From Marinicella sp. (GTDB taxonomy: Bacteria > Pseudomonadota > Gammaproteobacteria > Xanthomonadales > Marinicellaceae): 64,000 bases of DNA. Position numbers and translations under genes: made by a program. Location: the NCBI GenBank assembly GCA_965230295.1, contig OZ246001.1, positions 3,712,001 through 3,776,000 on the forward strand, in the 5' to 3' direction. The notes below the pieces were generated by a model, which made no database searches, was not told the origin of the DNA, and saw only the letters and a list, made by a program, of their open reading frames with translations. Of this stretch, positions 63,212 to 64,000 are shown one piece after another; position 1 is the first letter of the stretch, and each line of letters starts with the position of its first letter.

Positions 63212-64000
63212 GTCAAACGTTCAATCCAATTAGATTATCTCTGGCAAGAAAGCGAAACAGGTTAACTAAAAAGACCTTGGCGTCTTTAGTTGGATTGACT
63301 CCAGACTCAATTACCAGGCTTGAAAATGGTACCCAGTCTCCACAAGATGAAACGATCAAAAAACTGAGTAAAGCATTGAAATACTCCGTAGAGTTTTTCT
63401 TTAAAGACAGTCCAGACATAATCACAGCTGATAATGTTAACTTCAGAAGCCTTTCAACCATGATTGCAAAAGATAGGGATGCTTTTCTTGCAGTTGGTAG
63501 CTTGTCTTTTGATGTCATTGATTGGGTTGATTCCAAATTTGTTTTACCAAAATTAAAGGTGCCAGATTTAAGTGTTGGATATACTCCAGATTCTGCGGCC
63601 GCTGTGATTCGAGATCAATGGGGAATAGGGCAGCAACCTATTAGTGATTTAATTAAACTGATTGAATCTAAAGGTGTAAGGGTTCTTTCCTTGAATGAAA
63701 GTATTGAAACCGCAGATGCCTTTTCATTATGGCGCAATGGAGTTCCTTACATATTTTTAAATGGAAATAAAACCGCAGAAAGAACCAGGTTTGATATTTC
63801 ACATGAACTCGGTCACATTGTTCTTCACCGAGGTGGCAGGGTTAAGGAATCCCCGATTAAGATTATTGAGAAAGAGGCTGATACATTTGCATCCTGTTTT
63901 TTAATGCCCGAGTGTGACGTCCGCTCCACTGTTAATGGTTTTATCTCAATTGATAAGCTGTTAAGGCTAAAACAAAGATGGAGAGTCTCACTAGCAGCAC
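63208..64000 (+). CDS. XRE-HTH plus ImmA/IrrE (M78) metallopeptidase, runs off right edge
   Basis: MSQTFNPIRLSLARKR..ITRLENG, NFRS, ERTRFDISHELGHIVLH, EKEADTFASCFLMP; absent from ORF track. Confidence 0.9.
   Translation, partial: MSQTFNPIRLSLARKRNRLTKKTLASLVGLTPDSITRLENGTQSPQDETIKKLSKALKYSVEFFFKDSPDIITADNVNFRSLSTMIAKDRDAFLAVGSLSFDVIDWVDSKFVLPKLKVPDLSVGYTPDSAAAVIRDQWGIGQQPISDLIKLIESKGVRVLSLNESIETADAFSLWRNGVPYIFLNGNKTAERTRFDISHELGHIVLHRGGRVKESPIKIIEKEADTFASCFLMPECDVRSTVNGFISIDKLLRLKQRWRVSLAA

Noticed and set aside
63284-63293. CTTTAGTTGG as the missing Tn7-like right end
   Set aside because: Single short match inside the HTH-peptidase coding frame, with no array or ACA terminus.
63213-63536. 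107-aa minus-strand ORF
   Set aside because: Antisense shadow of the XRE-ImmA gene on the plus strand.

Overview
Gammaproteobacterial chromosome (the surface-protein families suggest a Marinicella-like marine lineage; this is inference). Bases 1-7.8 kb are housekeeping genes (rimK end, mscS, zntB, tamAB), followed by an orphan 3' fragment of nhaA cut at about 8076. Everything to the right looks like one nested mobile island, more than 56 kb long, that runs off the window. It contains: (i) two secreted-protein genes punctuated by Tn3/Tn4651-like end sequences, two of them 47-bp units with GGGG-type termini at both ends, in a segment that appears inverted across a 7-bp repeat; (ii) a serine resolvase and AT-rich orphan or defence-like genes, several ending in relic attC half-sites; (iii) a FimB-like tyrosine recombinase with its own 11-6-11 site; (iv) back-to-back Tn7-like right and left ends; (v) a giant repeat-bearing serine protease; (vi) a tnsA-tnsB-tnsC-tniQ operon with no Cas genes; (vii) an unannotated 20-aa ORF carrying an FtsZ C-terminal-peptide-like motif; (viii) DUF4238 and FRG genes plus an integrase-less integron (attI-like site, two cassettes); (ix) a full Tn3-family transposase; (x) a CadR/CDF/Czc/Cus metal-resistance region with two RPP-ending leader ORFs and a transglutaminase behind a second CadR box; (xi) a RosmerTA-like pair. 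No rRNA, tRNA or CRISPR array was seen. All family calls are from motif recognition by eye, not database searches.
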